A DNA stretch of 64,000 nucleotides from an uncultured Alphaproteobacteria bacterium (GCA_963753045.1 CAVWAT010000011.1:21306-85305), one strand, 5' to 3'; shown: positions 18,046-30,641, numbered from the stretch's first letter. Made by a program: numbers and translations. Notes: a model not told the origin generated them from the sequence alone.

Positions 18046-19747
18046 TCACGCTTCCCCGGGCATGGGGGGCGCGTCCGGCATTCGTTCGGACATGCGTGCC
18101 CGTGCCGCCGCGATCGGCTCGTTCAGCGCAGCGCCGAGGTCCGGACGCTCCAAGAAGACGTTCTCGGGACCGATCGCGGCCGCAAGGCCGGTCCGTTCGA
18201 GCTGTCCGCGGAGTTCCTCGCTCACGCCGGCCAGCATTAGCGTTCCATCGGCGCGCTCCAGGGCGGCTGCGTAGCGGCCGAGCAGCCGGATCACCGTGCT
18301 ACCGAGGTCGTCGACATCGCGCAGGACAAGGATAAGCGTCGATGCCCCGTGCGCTCTCCACCTCGGGAAGTTGCGGCTCCAGCACCTGCGCGGAAGCAAA
18401 GAAGAGCGAGCCGCGGATGCGCAGCACCCGAACCTCGCCGGGCCCGAGCGCGCAGCGGGGCCGGTCTCTCGATCGGAAAGCCGCCGTCGACAAGCTCGAA
18501 TTCGCGTACCTCGATGCGGTTCGACATCCGCAGGATCTGCAACAGGAACGACAGTGCGACGCCGATCAGGATGGCGAATTGCAGCGGCAGAAACAGCGTC
18601 GCCACGAAGGTCGCCACCATGGCCGCCCGCGCCGGCCGCCCTGTCGCCCAGACCGCCCGGATCGATTCGGGCTGGATGTTCTGGAAGCCCACGACGAGCA
18701 GCAGCCCGCCGAGCGCCGCCATCGGCACCAGTTTGACCAGATCGACCAGCAGCAAGACGATCAGCACTACGAAGGCGCCGGCGAAGATGTTCGCCCAGCG
18801 CGAGCGGGCGCCAGCCTGGACGTTGACCGCCGTGCCCGACATCGACCCGCCGCAGGGAATGGCGCTGAACGCGCCGGCCGCGAGATTGGCCGCGCCTTGC
18901 CCCACGAAGTCGCGCGAGGTATCGGGGAAGCTGCCGTCCGGGTTCGGATAGCTCTGGCCGACCCCGGCGCCCTGGATCAGGCCGATGATCGCGATCGCGA
19001 AGGCCGGCAAGGCGATTGCTGGCAATTGGGCAAGGTCGGGCAGGACCGGGTAGGGCAGGCTGCGCGGGATGGTGGCGATGTCGCCCACCAGCACCGCCGT
19101 GCTTTCGCCGGCGACCTGCGCCATAACGACGGCGAGTCCGTCGTCGCAGCCAGCGCGAGGATCAACGCGAACTTCCGTGCGGGCGTGCGCTGGAAGGCGA
19201 GGATCAGGGCGACGGTCGCGATACCGAGGGCGACGGTCTGGCGGATCGAGGATGCGCCAGTTCATCGCCGTATGCGCGAGGCGCAGAAGATGGTTCGGTT
19301 GGTCGCTCGAAAAGCCCGTGATGTCCGACACCGAGCCGAACATGATGAGAAGCGCGATGCCGGTGATGAAGCCGGTCATCACGGCGATGGAGACGAAGCG
19401 GATCAGCCGTCCGAGCCGCAGCAGCCCGAAAACCATCTGGAAGGCCCCCACCAGCAGCACCAGCGCCACGAGCGCTCCCAGCTTCTCTTCGCCCTCGAAC
19501 GGATCAAGCGCCTCGCCGGCCGCCACGGACAGACGCGCCGGTCGTCGAGACGTTCATGAACACCGAACTGGTGAAGAGCGCGCCAACCGGCATCGCCACC
19601 ATCAGGGCATAAAGCCCAGCCACAGGATTGACGCCTGGCCAGAATGGCGTTGGCCATGCCCTGCGGCACGTTGACGATGGCGAAGGTCGCGCCGGCCACC
19701 AGGTCGGCGCCGATGTTCCCACGCTCCAGCTTCAGCTCGGCCGGCAT
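18046..19747 (-). pseudogene. SulP-family anion permease with STAS domain, frameshifted
   Basis: DLVAG..VNVPQGMA, AVMTGFITG, GQGAANL, GSLFFAS (STAS). Confidence 0.85.
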
Positions 19748-19834
19748 GCGCCATCGTCCCGGCCTTTGCCTGAGACCCGGGATCCGGGGGACCGTAGGCA
19801 GTTCGCCGCTGCGCTTCTTGGACGCGACTCGGTA

Positions 19835-21873
19835 TCACTCCGGCACGACCTCCTTCATTTCCTCGGTATCGAAGGGATCGTGCGCCAGCGGGCGCCGGGC
19901 GCCTCCTGCTGCGTGCCCGGGAAGACCTCGAAGGTCGGCGTGAAGTCGACGAGCATGCCGGCGAGCGTGCTGCAGGATCGACGGGTCGCCCTCGACTTTC
20001 GCCGTGCCGTCCCCCAAATGCGCCTCAAGGGTCTTGGCGCCGATCAGCGTCTCGTCGAGGTCCGCGCGGTTGATCGTCAGCGTCAGGTCGGCGTCTGGCG
20101 GCCTGATAGCCCTTGATATTGGTCAGCGTCGCGTTGCTCAGTTCGACGATGAACTCCTCGCCGTTGTCCGGCGTGATCAGGTTCATGGTGAAGCGATGTC
20201 CCTCGGCCTTCGCGCTGTCCATCCGGATGCCGAGGAAGTTCAGGAACAGCTCGGTCGACATCGCGCGGATCACGTCCGGCGCTCGACGCTTGGCGATCGC
20301 GCCCTGCGGGAATGCCCGAGCGCAGCTCGAGGCCCCGGCGAGGAAGCTGTTGCGCAGCCCGGGGTTCTCCTGCTGGTAGCCGATCTGTTCGAAGACGTCG
20401 GCCAGCAGGTCCTTGGCCTCCTGGTTGTCCGGCTCGGCGTGGACGAGCTTGTTCAGGATCTCGACGGCCAGCATGTAGTCGCCCGCGTCGTAAAGCTTCG
20501 CTGCCTCGGGCGAGGATCGCCTCCGCCCCGCCCATCATCTCGACGTAGAGCGGGGCCGAGTCCTCGGGCGACAGCGGGATCAGCGTGGCCGGGTTGCAGT
20601 CCCAGAAGCCCAGGATAGCGCTGGATCACGCCGCGGGCGTTGTGCTCGGGCGAGCCGTGGTAGCCGCGGCACGTGCCAGTGCTGCTGCAGGCTCTCCGGC
20701 AGCTCGTAGACGTTGTGGATCTGGTTGATCGTGACGCCCGTTGTTGGCGTGGTGCAGCACCTGGTTGTTGCATGTTGGCGTAGATGTCGCGCTGGGCGCG
20801 CAGCACTTCCTGGATCCGGTCGTTGCCCCAGCGCGGCCAGTGGTGCGCGGCGAACATCACCTCCGCCTCCTGCCCGAAGCGATAGAGCGCCTCGTCGATG
20901 TATTTCGACCAGTTGAGCGCGTCGCGCACCGGCGTGCCCCGCAGCGTGTAGATGTTGTGCAGGCGTGGCGTGACGTTCTCGGCCATCCAGAGCGCCTTCA
21001 TCCCGGGGATGTAGGTGTTCATCTCCGACGGCGCCTCGGTGTTGGGCGTGTTCTGGAAGACCATCGGGATGCCGTCGACCTCGAACTCCTCGAAGGCCTC
21101 GCTGACGATCGCGCGTCGGCGCGATCAGGCGTGACGGCCCCGCGCGACGTGCCTTGGCCGAGGCCCTGCGTGACGTAGCCGTAGGGGTCGACCGGCAGCA
21201 GGACGCCGTACTGGTAGAACGCCCGGCGGTTCATCGCGTTGCCGGCATAAACGTTCTCGGCGACCGTGTTGTCCATGAAGCCCGCGGGCGCGATGATCTC
21301 GACCTTGCCGGCGCGCACGTCCGCCTCTCGACACCACGCCCTTGATGCCGCCCCAGTGGTCGACATGGGTGTGCGAATAGATCACCGCCGTGATCGGCAG
21401 GCCGTCGCCCACATGCTCTCGGAAGAGCTCCCAGCCGCCGCGCGGGCGGTCTCGGCCGTGATCAGCACGTCGAACACGATCCAGCCGGTCTTGCCGCGCA
21501 CGAAGGTCATCTGCGACAGGTCGAAGCCGCGGATCTGGTAGATGCCGGGGACGACCTCGTAGAGCCCGTAGTTCTTGTTCAGCTTGGCCTATGCGCAGCA
21601 GCGACGGGTGGATGCTGTCGTACGGTGTCGGCTTCGTCGATGAAGGCGAACTTGCCCATGTCCCAGGCGACGTGCCCGGCATCGGCCGTGATCTGCATGT
21701 CCTCCATCTTCGCGATCAGGCCGCGCGCACATTCCTCGAAGTCGCGCGTGTCGTGGAAGGGCAGGCGCGTGCGCGCGCTGGCCGGAGAACCGCGCACGGG
21801 TATGGTCGGTGGGCATCTTGCCCTTGGGGTGGAAATGCGGTTGGTTCGGGTTCCGGTGCGTGGGAGCGGTCAT
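19835..21873 (-). pseudogene. Alkyl/aryl sulfatase (SdsA1-like: metallo-beta-lactamase, dimerisation and SCP2 domains), many frameshifts
   Basis: [58 protein letters not shown]. Confidence 0.85.
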
Positions 21874-22472
21874 CGGCGTACTTCCTGAAAGGCTTCTTCT
21901 AAATGAGCCCAAGCTTGCTGCATCCGGCGCTTTCTGTCAAAGCAGCCAACCGCTGTGCGCTGGAAGCACGATGTGTTTGACAATTCTATCTGAGCGAAAG
22001 CTGTTATTGACGCCCACGGGGGTGTGTTGACTGCTTCCACACATCATGCATTAGGTTCTCGATCATCCTTCAGCCCTCATAAATCTTGCCTTACGCAATG
22101 AGGGCGGTTTACCCTATTGCCCGACCTCGAGGCTCTGCCAATGCGGAGAATTGCGTCGTCGGGATGTGGAGGAATATATGAGCCGCAGGGCGGGGCGCAG
22201 TCCCCTCGCAGCTCTTCTACTGCATTCTCGCCGCTACCCATCGACTTCGACCACCGCGCGTACGACATGATTAGCGATCTCGAGGACCTCACGATCAAGA
22301 AGCCCACCGACCAGCAGCCGGATGAGGCGCATGGCCCAGGCGGACCGGTAACAATGACCGGGCCGCCTAAGCAAAGCTTACATGCATCCACGATGGCACC
22401 GCAGCCCCACCAAGAGGAGCATCGTACTAGTCGAAGACAATTGTCGTCATCAAGCCATAAGTATAGTTTAGT

Positions 22473-22972
22473 ATGAAAGCGCGTGACTTCGGGGAATTAG
22501 GGCACAATCCATTATGGTAGCTGACCATAACGCTTACACGCGAGGAGCGCTATCGCCGCCGCGCAGCCTGTACCACGGACAGCGGTGAGCCATTCCTGCT
22601 CGACCTCGCCGGGGCCACCTACCATGGCGATGGCCTGGCACTTGACGATGGCCGCTTCGTGGCGGTCCGCGCCGCCGCTGAACCTCTCTTGCAATTACCG
22701 CCGACACGTCGTTGGGGCTGACCAAAATCGCCTAGCACATCGGCAATCGTCCCACCCCGGCTGAGATCACCGCAGCCGCTATTTACATCGAGCCAGACCA
22801 TGTACTGGCTGACATGGTGCGCCGGCCGGGTGGTAACGTCACTGAGGTGACCCGACCCTTTGAGCCGGGAGGCGGCGCCTATGGCGGCCACGGCAGCCTC
22901 GAGCGTGGCCACCATCACCACGCCTACCATGACCACGCCGGACGCTGCCATCACGGCCATGAGCAAAAGTGA
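22473..22972 (+). pseudogene. ureE: Urease accessory protein UreE pseudogene
   Basis: Hand translation: EERYRRR, FLLDL, GDGLALDDGR, AAAEPL, IA*HIGNR (TAG at the conserved Trp), PDHVLADM, PFEPGGGAY and a His-rich tail. Confidence 0.8.
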
Positions 22973-23400
22973 CGCTTGACGACACTTCGGCTCCGCCACG
23001 GCCCAACTCGGCCTTTGCCGATTTCACTAAATCTTTCTCTTGTCGCAATTAATTAAGAGACCCGTGGACACCGAAATCGGCCACGTTACCGCAATTGCGA
23101 CCACAATTGGCCAATAAGCGTATCCTATACCGCCATAGCCGAGTTATGGCCAGACTTGGTTGGCGCAAGGCAACGAGATTGAAACCCTAATTGCGTAGAT
23201 TCCCACGATGAACGTTGGTATTTTCACTGTCACTGTTCTATTGGCCAGAACCACTAGATTTGTCGCTGCCCTTAAAACAGCCTACATGCGGCATGGCGAA
23301 CAGTGACATCTAGAACGCCATGAGACACAGCTACAGCGTCGGTTCCCGGAACAAACCCGATAGCAATTACCAGCTTGGCAGGTCGGCTCTGGCTTGTAGG

Positions 23401-23625
23401 TTATTGGATCAGATTCAGCGCCTCGTCAACCAATCCGAGCAAAGCTTCCGCTGAAACTTCGGACCTTCCAGAAATCAGCTTTTCGATCTTCGTTGCCGGA
23501 ATCATGATGTCTAGCTGTTTCTGTGAGGAGGCGGGCAAGTACATTGCCATTAATGCCCCACAAACGAGCAGTACGAACAGGAGCAGAGACATAGGAGTTT
23601 TCATAATCTTCTTTCGAATTGTCAT
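23401..23625 (-). CDS. Hypothetical small protein with an N-terminal hydrophobic segment
   Basis: ORF only, in an AT-richer stretch. Confidence 0.35.
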   Translation of the reverse strand: MTIRKKIMKTPMSLLLFVLLVCGALMAMYLPASSQKQLDIMIPATKIEKLISGRSEVSAEALLGLVDEALNLIQ

Positions 23626-24069
23626 ACCATAAAGTTGTAGTGGCCTTAAAAAATTTTCTTGCTAGCTCGGCATAACAATCGCCGCCCTCTATTAAAAGCG
23701 GGTGCGGTTGAAATAGCATCGCCCTTGGAAATACCGCTTCGGGGACAGTGGCCCTTTGCTATAAAGCGTGACCAGCCCTGCTTGGACAAATCTTCTTCAG
23801 GACCGGCGATACCATGCCGGGATAGGCCCAGGGGCACCAGGGTTAACCGCCACGCTCAGCGTCGACCTACTGCTCACCACCTAAGGATAGCGTTCTATGT
23901 CGCCCAGATGTCGTGGGTCTACATTCCAGGCAATATATCAAAACTGAATAAAAACACGAGAGGGAGCTAGACGGTGACGGCAAAGCCTGCCGTTAGAGCG
24001 GAATGAACAAGCAGTATTCACGAAGTCAAGGCGTCGTCATAACATCCGACACACCTGTATCGGCACTGC

Positions 24070-25125
24070 CTATATGTCTTCAGAAGTCGTAGGCTCGTCT
24101 GTATCAGTGCGCAGCAGAACCGCGAGCGGGCGCATGTTCTCATTGGCATCGAGCATCACGATCAAGATAACAGTCAGCGGTACTGAAAGAAAGACGCCAA
24201 TCGTGCCAAGCAGCCATCCCCAGAAGATCAAAGACAAGAATACGGTCAACTTGGAGATACCAAGGCCCTGTCCCATAAAGCGTGGCTCCAGCACATTGCC
24301 AATGATCGTATTTGCGGCAATGAAGCCGACGGCAACGAGCAGTGCCGACTTCAAGTCGGCTTGAACAATCGCCAACAAGACTGGAGGAATCATCATCAGT
24401 ATGGCGCCAACGAAGGGTATGAAGTTCAAGACAAACGCGAGGATGGCCCATAGTGCGGCGAAGTCGATTCCCAAGGCCCACAAAAAGATCCATACAACCA
24501 GCCCCGTCGCGAAGCTGGAGATGATCTTGATCAACATGTACTGGCTGAGGGACTTAAGCACACGGTCGAATTGATCTTGAAAACTCTCCGAGGCACCAAA
24601 GGCTTTCCTTATTCTTGGTCCCAGTTTCGAAGCTTCTGCCAAAATGAATGCGACGGTCAGCAAAACAGGGAGGCCGACGCCCAGCGTATTTCCGATGCCC
24701 GCCAGCGTGGCACGGACGAGAGTGACGACTTTGCGAGCGTCGACCATGTCTGGAAGCGCGGCCCGGAAGCCTTCTAGGCCTGCAGCCTCCAACCAGTTTC
24801 CAAGCTGCTCGCTCAGCAATTCGACACGCTGCTGATAGCCCGGCAGATTTTCCCGGAAGCCTTCCAGACCACTGGTCACCAGCAAGGCCAGGATGCTTCC
24901 AAAATCAAACAGCACAAACAGTATGGTCGCCAAAGCTATCCACTTGGGAACGCCATGCCGCGTCATCCACCGCAACGCTGGTAGGGACACGATCGCAATG
25001 AAAACAGCCAGCAGAACTGGACTGAGTACCGGAGCTGCCAAGTTCACAAACAGCAGCGTAACCGCGACAGCTGCAATTATGATGAGAGACTGCGAAAACG
25101 GGGAGAAGTCCTGCAACTGCGTCAT
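24070..25125 (-). CDS. AI-2E family transporter
   Basis: FVLNFIPFVG, GNVLEPRFMG..L, FWGWLLG..G..LSVP. Confidence 0.9.
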   Translation of the reverse strand: MTQLQDFSPFSQSLIIIAAVAVTLLFVNLAAPVLSPVLLAVFIAIVSLPALRWMTRHGVPKWIALATILFVLFDFGSILALLVTSGLEGFRENLPGYQQRVELLSEQLGNWLEAAGLEGFRAALPDMVDARKVVTLVRATLAGIGNTLGVGLPVLLTVAFILAEASKLGPRIRKAFGASESFQDQFDRVLKSLSQYMLIKIISSFATGLVVWIFLWALGIDFAALWAILAFVLNFIPFVGAILMMIPPVLLAIVQADLKSALLVAVGFIAANTIIGNVLEPRFMGQGLGISKLTVFLSLIFWGWLLGTIGVFLSVPLTVILIVMLDANENMRPLAVLLRTDTDEPTTSEDI

Positions 25126-25238
25126 CGGAGCATCATTTCTCAGGCAGACTCGCTATAGAGGTGCGATCCGGCCGGACGCCGTTTATTATGTCAAGTGGAT
25201 CCTTACTCTTGCCAAGCTACGAACCGATCGATGGTTAC

Positions 25239-25841
25239 TCAAGTTTCAACTGTCGCGCCGCTGGTGCCCGCCCGAGTTGCCCGGAAAAGCAACCAAATCG
25301 ACATGCCCAGAACAATCAACTCGGCCGCAAGAACGATAACCACCGACATAAGTGTAACTGCGTCAGCAGCGGTAACGAACTCAACCGAAGCGCCACCTCC
25401 GGTTGGGGCGATCATGACGCCTGGCGGCACAGTCAGTAAATTAAAGAGAAGCCTCCCGACCGCGCTAAGAAGCAAGATCATCGAAAAGAAGATACCAATA
25501 GATCCCGCCCAGATGCCGATCCAGACTATGTTTGTTACAGCTTCTCGGGGTGGCCGGCGTTCGGGATCTGCAATCTTTTTTGCCAGAACCATATATCTGT
25601 AGAACCAGAACGTCGTGAATAAGAGAACCACTAGACTTCCAATGGATAGATAGTTTGAAAAATCTATCGCAAAAGCACGTGTGGGCTCCGGCGCCCTTAA
25701 AAATAGGAGGTATATAAGGAGCGCCAGTGGAATGATTAAAAGGGCCAACTGGATCCAAAACCCAAATCGTCCAATACGAGAAAAATCCCGAGACAATCGC
25801 TCTGGGTTGTCAAGTGGATGAAATTTTCTAGTGCTTGGCAT
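25239..25841 (-). CDS. DUF3611-like membrane protein
   Basis: RIGRFGFWIQL, four TM helices, ELIVLGMSIWLL. Confidence 0.7.
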   Translation of the reverse strand: MPSTRKFHPLDNPERLSRDFSRIGRFGFWIQLALLIIPLALLIYLLFLRAPEPTRAFAIDFSNYLSIGSLVVLLFTTFWFYRYMVLAKKIADPERRPPREAVTNIVWIGIWAGSIGIFFSMILLLSAVGRLLFNLLTVPPGVMIAPTGGGASVEFVTAADAVTLMSVVIVLAAELIVLGMSIWLLFRATRAGTSGATVET

Positions 25842-25870
25842 AATTGACTTTAGTGCTTGGTATAATTGAC
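25829..25870. repeat. 22-bp-period tandem duplication spanning the DUF3611 start codon
   Basis: tagtgcttggcataattgac / tagtgcttggtataattgac. Confidence 0.7.
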
Positions 25871-26290
25871 CGCCTTTTCCGAGGCAGACTTTCCTACCGA
25901 CATGGTTGGTGCTGCGGCAAGCACCTCAACCCCATGAGCATTTCCGCGGAAACCCGAATCATCGAACGCGGCCCGCTTCCCTCCGGCACATAGACGCTTC
26001 ACTTTCTATACTGAGACATGCTTCAACCGCAATAGTCTGTCAGTAGGACTTAATGCCACTTTTGATCTCGTTCCCGATAATGTCAGTACGTCACAACAGA
26101 ACTTCGAGGAAAGGTGGTAACTTCCTCAAATCGGAGGTGCGTTACCGCCATTGACGCCGATCAAATCCGAAGCGTCGCCCGTTGTATAGTTTACCAAGTA
26201 ACGGTGCGCCCACGTTCGGCTGCATGCATGGCTTCGAGTGCTCCGAGCGTATATTTGGAGGTCCAGTAGAACTACTACTAGGTACTGGCT

Positions 26291-27379
26291 ATGAGCTCAG
26301 AAAATCGTATCCCTGTCGACTTGGCACTCCAAGGAGGCGGCTCCCATGGAGCATTCACCTGGGGTGTCCTTGATCGACTACTGGAGGACGACCGGCTTCA
26401 CGTCGATGCCATAAGTGGTACGAGTGCTGGTGCAATGAATGCTTGTGCAGTCGTAGAGGGGCTCGCCCATGGGGGTCCGGAGGCGGCTCAGGAGAAGCTC
26501 CGAACCTACTGGATGGCTGTCAGCAAGGCCGCCCTTTTCAGCCCGCTGCAGCGCTCCTATTTGAACCGCGTTAGAGGGCGATGGGCCCTTGCTGATTTGC
26601 CAGTATTTCGCTGGTACAAGAATTTCTTCCGAAACTTTTCTCCCTACGAACTGAACCCATTTGGCTTAGATCCGCTGCGGGACCTTGTGAAGAAGACTTT
26701 CGACTTCAATGGCATCAACAACTGCAATTCTGTTCAGCTGTTCCTTGGCGCTACGAATGTGCGGACGGGACGCCCTAAGGTTTTTCGCCAGCCCAACATA
26801 AGCGTCGATGCAGTGCTGGCATCCGCATGTCTACCATTCCTGTCACACACCGTTGAAATCGACGGTGAAGCTTATTGGGATGGCGGCTACATGGGTAATC
26901 CACCACTCTTCCCCTTGGTGGACGAGACAAAAGCGCGAGACTTGATCATTGTCCGTATAAATCCCTTCGAGAGGCCTGAAATCCCGAAGTCGGCTTACGA
27001 AATCGACGACCGTCTCAATGAGATTACGTTCAACGCAAGTCTCCTAAAAGAACTTCGTTCCCTCTATTTTTTGGCGGAGATTATTCACGAGGAGAATCTC
27101 GAAAGAGAAGCCTATCGCGACACGCGCTTGCACTGCATTGCCGCCGACGAACAAATGCGTAAGCTGGGCGCTTCAAGCAAGCTCAATGCTGAGTGGAAGT
27201 TCTTAGAATTTCTTCATGACCTTGGTCGACGTACGGCTGATGATTGGTTAACTAAGCATGGGCAGGACCTCGGGGTTCGAACGACCTTCAACCCCCACTT
27301 CGTTCTGGAAGAGAGCCTTCGGCCCGCCCATCTCATGAGCGGAACGCGCAATCCAGCAAAGGCTAAATCGACACCATGA
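26291..27379 (+). CDS. Patatin-like phospholipase/esterase
   Basis: LQGGGSHG, GTSAG nucleophile elbow, YWDGGY. Confidence 0.92.
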   Translation: MSSENRIPVDLALQGGGSHGAFTWGVLDRLLEDDRLHVDAISGTSAGAMNACAVVEGLAHGGPEAAQEKLRTYWMAVSKAALFSPLQRSYLNRVRGRWALADLPVFRWYKNFFRNFSPYELNPFGLDPLRDLVKKTFDFNGINNCNSVQLFLGATNVRTGRPKVFRQPNISVDAVLASACLPFLSHTVEIDGEAYWDGGYMGNPPLFPLVDETKARDLIIVRINPFERPEIPKSAYEIDDRLNEITFNASLLKELRSLYFLAEIIHEENLEREAYRDTRLHCIAADEQMRKLGASSKLNAEWKFLEFLHDLGRRTADDWLTKHGQDLGVRTTFNPHFVLEESLRPAHLMSGTRNPAKAKSTP

Positions 27380-27497
27380 TTGGCGTAATTACGGTTGTCG
27401 TCGCGCTTGTCTTACTCATGGATCTGGCGTACCGGGGCATCACCTTGCTGATCATTGCACCAGCTATGGCCGTTCTGGCTGCTGCGCTTAGTGGTGG
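27376..27497 (+). pseudogene. N-terminal fragment of a GntP-like permease
   Basis: ATGA overlap with the patatin stop; MIGVITVVVALVLLMDLAYRGITLLIIAP, then truncation. Confidence 0.55.
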
Positions 27498-27620
27498 TGG
27501 TCCTCCCGCACTGAAGCGGTCCGACTCGCAGTAAGGGTATTGACCTTGAGGAGGACTAACTGATGGGCAAGAGCAACCAAGCCGGAAGAGATCGTTTCAA
27601 AGCTGCGCCAAGTGGATGGT
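27497..27620 (+). mobile_element. IS3 left-end and orfA fragment
   Basis: GAGGAGG SD, then KPEEIVSKLRQVD. Confidence 0.6.
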
Positions 27621-27738
27621 TCCTGCATTGCAAGAACTTTCTTAAGCTTGGCATCTCAGTCAGGAGCGGTCTTGTAGCGAATGAAGGGTGACGGAGGCGA
27701 CAGGCCATAGGGCGACATTCGCTGGACATGGTGCTTTG

Positions 27739-30515
27739 TTAAAACTCCGCTCCTGATTGACTTGCCGCAACTTCCGAAGGACGCCGAAACGCCAGGCGCA
27801 TCTGCTTTTCTGTTTCTATCAGGGCGAAGAAAACAACGCCGACGGCAACGATCAAGACGCCGTCGAAGAACGATACAGCATGCGTTCCAAATACCGCCTG
27901 CATCGGGGGCAGGTAGGTGATCGCGAACTGCGCTGTGGTCACGCCAATCACACAGGCCCATACGACCCTCGTTCCTCGCACGGCCTCCCAGGTCAGTGAT
28001 GTCCCATGGATGTTGCGGATGAAGAAGAGATGGAAGATCTCCAGGACGACAAGCATGTTCATTGCCATCGTCTGGGCAAGCGCAAGCGGATAACCTCGAT
28101 CGGTTGCATATGTGAAGATCCCGAACACGGCGAGCAGGAACAGGCCGGAGACCAGGACAACGTGCCAGATCAAATCGCCCGTTAGCAAGGGTTCGTTGCG
28201 TGGCCGCGGAGGCCGTCGCATCGTGCCAGGCTCCGTTGGCTCGAAAGCCAGTGCAAGGCCAAGCGTGATGGCTGTGATCAGGTTGATCCAGAGGATCTGC
28301 ACGGCCGTGATCGGCAGCGCCATACCGGCAAACAACGCGACAACGATCGTCATCGCCTCACCCGCATTCGTTGGGAAGCGTCCAGCTAATGACCTTCTTG
28401 ATGTTGTCATAGACCGTCCGGCCTTCGCGGACTGCTGCGGCAATCGAGGCGAAGTTGTCGTCGGCAAGGACGAACTCCGCGGCTTCCTTGGCCGCCTCGC
28501 TGCCCTTAAGCCCCATTGCAATGCCGGCATCGGCGCGCTTCAAGGCCGGTGCATCGTTGACGCCGTCACCGGTCATTGCCACCGTCAGGCCGCGCGACTG
28601 CAGCGCGCTGACGAGGCGAAGCTTATGCCCGGGCGATGTCCGCGCAAAAATGTCCGTATCGGCCGCCATACTTGCCAAAGACGCATCATCCATCGCCTCG
28701 ATCTCGGCGCCGGTGAGGACACGGTCCGTATTCATCAGACCGATCTGGGCAGCGATGGCGCGTGCCGTCGCCGCATGATCGCCCGTGATCATCTTGACTC
28801 GTATTCCGGCTGCATGACATTCGGCGACCGCGTCGATTGCCTCAGGCCGAGGCGGGTCAATCAGGCCGATCAAACCGATCAGCGTCAGCTGTCCGTCAAG
28901 ATCGGAGCTGTTCAGCACCGTATGCTCCGGCGCGACAGCGCGGCTCGCGACCGCGATGACCCGCTGTCCTTCCGACGCCAGGCTTTCCAGCATCTCGTGC
29001 CAATGGTCTGGATCAAGTGGCGCTGCGCTTCCGTCGGCAGCCCGCTGGTCCGCGCACATCGAGAGCACGGCTTCCGGAGCCCCCTTGACATGAATGAAGG
29101 CGTGGCCCTCGTGGTCGTGATGCAGCACCGCCATGTAGCGATGCTCGGTATCAAATGGGATTACGTCGGTTCGTGTCCAGGAGCGCAAAGGTCATGCCCT
29201 TCGCCTGTGATTTTCCCGGCCAAGGCGAGCAGTGCACCTTCCATCGGGTCACCGTCCGCACTGCCAGCCGTCACCCACACGATTCAGCATGGCGTCGTTA
29301 CACAGCCCTGCCGCGCGGGCAAACTCCATCAGAATGGCATGATCTTTGGGGTTCACGTCCGCATCACGCCACCGGATCGCGCCTTCGGGCGAATAACCTT
29401 CACCACCGATAGAATAGATGTGTTCAGCTGCGGCGAGCGTTGCCGCCAGCATCTCGTTACGAGTGAGCGTACCGGTCTTGTCCGAGCAGATGACCGATAC
29501 GGAGCCGAGCGTTTCGATTGCGGGCAATCGGCGCACAATGGCGTTGCGCCTTGCCATAGCCTGGACCCCGATCGCCAGCGTAATCGTCAACACCGCAGGT
29601 AGGCCTTCGGGAATTGCGGCCACCGAAAGGCCCACAACGGCCATGAAGAGTTCGCTGAACGACATGTGGCCGACAAGTAACCGTAGGTCAGCAGGCAGGC
29701 GGCAATAATCAGGATGAATACGGTCAGCCAGCGGGCGAAGACATCCATCTGACGCACGAGCGGCGTGGCCAACGTTTCGATTTTGACAGCATGCCACTGA
29801 TCGAACCGATCTCGGTGTGCTTGCCGGTCGCTACCACGACGCCGCGCCCGTGCCGGCCACAACCATCGTGCCGCTAAACAACATCGAGCGGCGGTCGCCA
29901 AGCGACGCATCGAAGGAAACCGGGGCGGTGGTCTTTTCAACCGGTACCGATTCGCCGGTGAGTATCGCTTCCTCGGCCTTAAGACCGCGAGAAGCGACAA
30001 GTCGCAAATCGGCCGGCACGCGATCGCCAGCTTCTACCAACACAAGATCGCCGGGCACCAGATCTGCCGCGTCAACGCTCTGCGTTGTCCTCGCGAAGCA
30101 CGCGGCACGCGGCGACAACATATCCCGGATTGCCTCCATTGCCTGTTCCGCGCGGCCTTCCTGGATGAACCCGATCACGGCGTTGACGATCACCACCGCG
30201 AGGATGACGCCAGTATCGATCACGTGGCCGAGCGCGGCTGTCACCGACTGCCGAAGCGATCAGAACGTAGATGAGCAGATTGTGGAAATGGACCGGAACC
30301 GTAAGACCGGGCTGCGCTTGGGTGGTTCGGGAAGGCGGTTTGCGCCGAAGGTGTCGCGTCGCCTGACGGCTTCCTCGGCGCTCAGCCCTTCAAATCCGTC
30401 TCGAGCTGCGTCCAGTGCGTGTCTCGGCCGTCAGGCCATGGAATGCCGTGTCCAGGCTCTGAACCCTTCCGGTTGTACTCCAGGCTGAGGCAGACGACTG
30501 CGTTGAAATGCTCAT
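27739..30515 (-). pseudogene. Cation-transporting P-type ATPase (P2-like), several frameshifts
   Basis: TGES, IPEGL, DKTGTLT, KGAPE, MITGDH, TGDGVNDAP. Confidence 0.92.
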
Positions 30516-30641
30516 GACACTTGTTTCTCTTCGGTGTCGATACCGCGGATGTCGGTGCGTTCCTCTTCCGGTGCGCCGGACAACAGCTCTACGGCGCGAT
30601 CGGCGGCGTCCTGGAACGGTTCGAGCACCATGTCCGCGCTG
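30512..30641 (-). pseudogene. C-terminal fragment of a TrkA-N/Kef-type K+ transport protein
   Basis: ADMVLEPFQDAADRAVELL; stop overlaps the ATPase ATG; cut by an IS21-type end. Confidence 0.55.

Noticed and set aside
18342-21178. Long + strand ORFs (405 aa, 204 aa, etc.) and similar antisense ORFs over the ATPase, cysI and exaF
   Set aside because: Shadow frames of high-GC genes on the opposite strand; Arg/Ala/Pro-rich with no motifs.
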